Below, one piece after another: positions 62,060-64,000 of a stretch of DNA of 64,000 nucleotides. Each line of letters starts with the position of its first letter. The first letter of the stretch is position 1. The stretch is from Hemiscyllium ocellatum (lineage: Eukaryota), in assembly GCF_020745735.1 (NCBI RefSeq), contig NC_083426.1, positions 41,974,001 to 42,038,000 of the forward strand. The letters are read 5' to 3'. The notes under the pieces were generated by a model. The model was not told the DNA's origin. It was given only the letters and a program-made list of their open reading frames with translations, and ran no database searches. A program made the translations under genes and the position numbers.

Positions 62060-62545
62060 GCTCATACAGTCAGAGTCCTACACTAGAGACAGGCCCTTTG
62101 GCCCAAGTGGACTAAAGTGTCCATCAGCACTAACTTCATTTCCCTGTACTTGGCCCATGTTCTTCTAAACCATTCCTATCCATGTATTTGTGCAAATGCC
62201 TTTTAATTATTAATGCACTTACCTCATTCACTTCCACTGGCAGCTCATTCCATATGTGTACCACCCTCTATGTAAAGAAACATTGACCCTCAGGTACCTT
62301 TTTATTCTTTCCCCTCTAACCTTAACCTTAAAATCAAGCCCTCTAGACCTTGATTCTCCAACCCTGGATAAAGACAGAACATTTACCCTAGGAACAGGGT
62401 TTGGGGGGGGGGGGGGGGGGGGGGGAGGAAAGAGAGAAGAAAGAATCATCAGGAATGAGCCATGAAGGGCTCCTGCCCAAAATGTCGATTTTCCTGCTCC
62501 TCAGGTGCAGCCTGACCTGCTGTGCTTTTCCAATACTCTAATCCG
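62060..62545. mobile_element. CR1 3' fragment (-, ~62060-62400), poly-G run, and a degenerate Penelope family-1 terminus (+, ~62440-62545)
   Basis: CR1 3' antisense motifs; catgaagggctcctgcccaaaatgtcgattttcctgctcc...gacctgctgtgcttttcc. Confidence 0.75.
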
Positions 62546-62586
62546 GTCAATGAATAAACCACCTGCTTGACTGTTGGTATTATTGC

Positions 62587-62592
62587 TTTATT
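62587..62592 (-). terminator. Candidate OARD1 polyadenylation signal
   Basis: AATAAA on the minus strand about 700 nt past the OARD1 stop, at the edge of unique sequence before repeats resume. Confidence 0.3.
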
Positions 62593-63288
62593 ACCGTGTA
62601 GAAACATTAGCTCCTGAACAAATAGACTAATGTTTGATGAACATTTTTGTATCCCTGAGTCATCCAGAATTACGTTTGCAACTGCATGCCATTAAATATT
62701 GCTCTGCACGTTTTGTTAACTCAGTTTCCACTGCACTTGAATTTAAATTTTAAAAATGTAAATTCTTAAGTGATGAGAAATCATAAGTTTAGACACCAAG
62801 GACAGTGAGCTGGCCAACTATATTTTTATAAAGCAAGATTTGTCTACTTGATAAACAATCTGCATTAGAAGTGGGTGAATGCCGATCCATAGAAAATAAA
62901 TAATTCTTGGAGATTTTGGTCAAACTGGCTGATGAAAAACAGGCATCCTTGAGGATTCACTGCCCTATTTTGGGAAATGGGGCACTTAACCAGATGAGCA
63001 CCCCTCCCCCTACAGTGAGGAGAACTGGATTAACCTCACTGTTGCAGGAGAAGGTCCACCATTAGTTTCTCAATGTCCAATAGGTTCAGTAGGCCTTTCC
63101 CAGAGCAAGTATTGGATATCTTTGTCTGATGTACTTCCTAGCAGGTTAGAACAACCCTTTACAATATTTTTCCCCATGCATTAAATCATTTACAAATGAA
63201 TTCAGCTACATAGTCTCAGATTGGCAGAAATAACTATTTGAAAGCCACAGGTGTGAAAGCACTAATTCAAAACACCCAGCTTCACTTT

Positions 63289-63448
63289 CTATTTACTATC
63301 AAATAGAGACAATCGTTTAGTGTAGGTGGCAAACTTAGCAGGTGCTTCCAAAGAGTACACAGTGATGATGATATCAGTATCCTTAAAGACCTCTTGAATT
63401 ATTTTAGAAACTCTCTCCCACTTCAGTTGGTCCAGTCCACATCCAATC
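63289..63448 (-). CDS. OARD1: OARD1/TARG1 (macrodomain ADP-ribose glycohydrolase) last coding exon; upstream exons lie beyond the window end
   Basis: Minus-strand acceptor ttttgtttgctctccAG, then phase-2 (R)[52 protein letters not shown]. This matches the recalled human C-terminus [34 protein letters not shown]. It sits next to APOBEC2, as in mammals. Confidence 0.93.
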
Positions 63449-64000
63449 CTGGAGAGCAAACAAAACTGATTTTAGTTCAGAGACTGTAGCGATGCATAAT
63501 GTTAATATGGCAAAATCTTAAAGTCTAGAATATTTAAATGGCTTAACATCCAAGTACACAAGATCATACTGTCGAACCTCTTCCACCGTTCAATATGATC
63601 ACGGCAGATTTGTTGCTTCAACTCAGTTTCCCCACTTGCTGTCATTTCTCTTCACTAGCTGAAGCAAATCTTAGTTTTAATAGATTCAGGCGAGAGCATT
63701 CACCACCTTCAGGAGACAGACATTCAAAACTTCATCCTGGACTGAAGAAGTTTCTCTTCAGGGAAAAAAAGTGATATATCCTTTCTCCATGCCCCAGTGT
63801 TTCAGATTTCACAGTCAGGGGAAAACACCTGTCTACCTTGTCAGGTTTGTTCAGAATGTCACATTTCAAATGAATGTCAATTTACTTAGCCCAACCCACT
63901 GAACCTTGACCATACCATCTCTAAGGCAAGTATATCTTTCCTCAAACATACAGATCAATGCAGCGCAGAACAGGCCCTTCAGCCCTAGATGTTGCACCGA

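Noticed and set aside
59757-62427. Poly-G runs (59757-59776, 62403-62427) as G-quadruplex elements
   Set aside because: Simple homopolymers at repeat edges whose length is unreliable in assemblies; nothing supports a function.

Overview
Vertebrate genomic DNA, most likely a shark or other elasmobranch. The basis is HE1/V-SINE-like and Deu-SINE-like repeats plus the CR1, L2 and Penelope content; the species cannot be fixed from sequence alone. Two host genes are supported. APOBEC2 is on + with a complete 222-aa CDS in two coding exons (15585-15718 and 27961-28495), a 12,242-bp intron 1 and a splice donor just after the stop. The last coding exon of OARD1/TARG1 is on - (63289-63448), convergent with APOBEC2 as at human 6p21.1. 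Much of the rest is nested retroelements. These are many CR1 LINE pieces (one with an almost intact ORF2), tRNA-derived SINEs, a decayed Gypsy, a solo LTR, a full two-LTR Gmr1-type Gypsy with integrase upstream of RT (48150-54625), and Penelope-like elements (PLEs) with their short non-autonomous derivatives. The most interesting non-gene signal is that two PLE families carry minimal type-I hammerhead ribozyme motifs (CUGANGA-stem II-GAAA plus a palindromic ACGU or AGCU helix III). They often occur as fold-back palindromes with TSDs, and several lie inside APOBEC2 intron 1. All alignments and homology calls were made by eye or from memory. TE boundaries are approximate unless a TSD is quoted.
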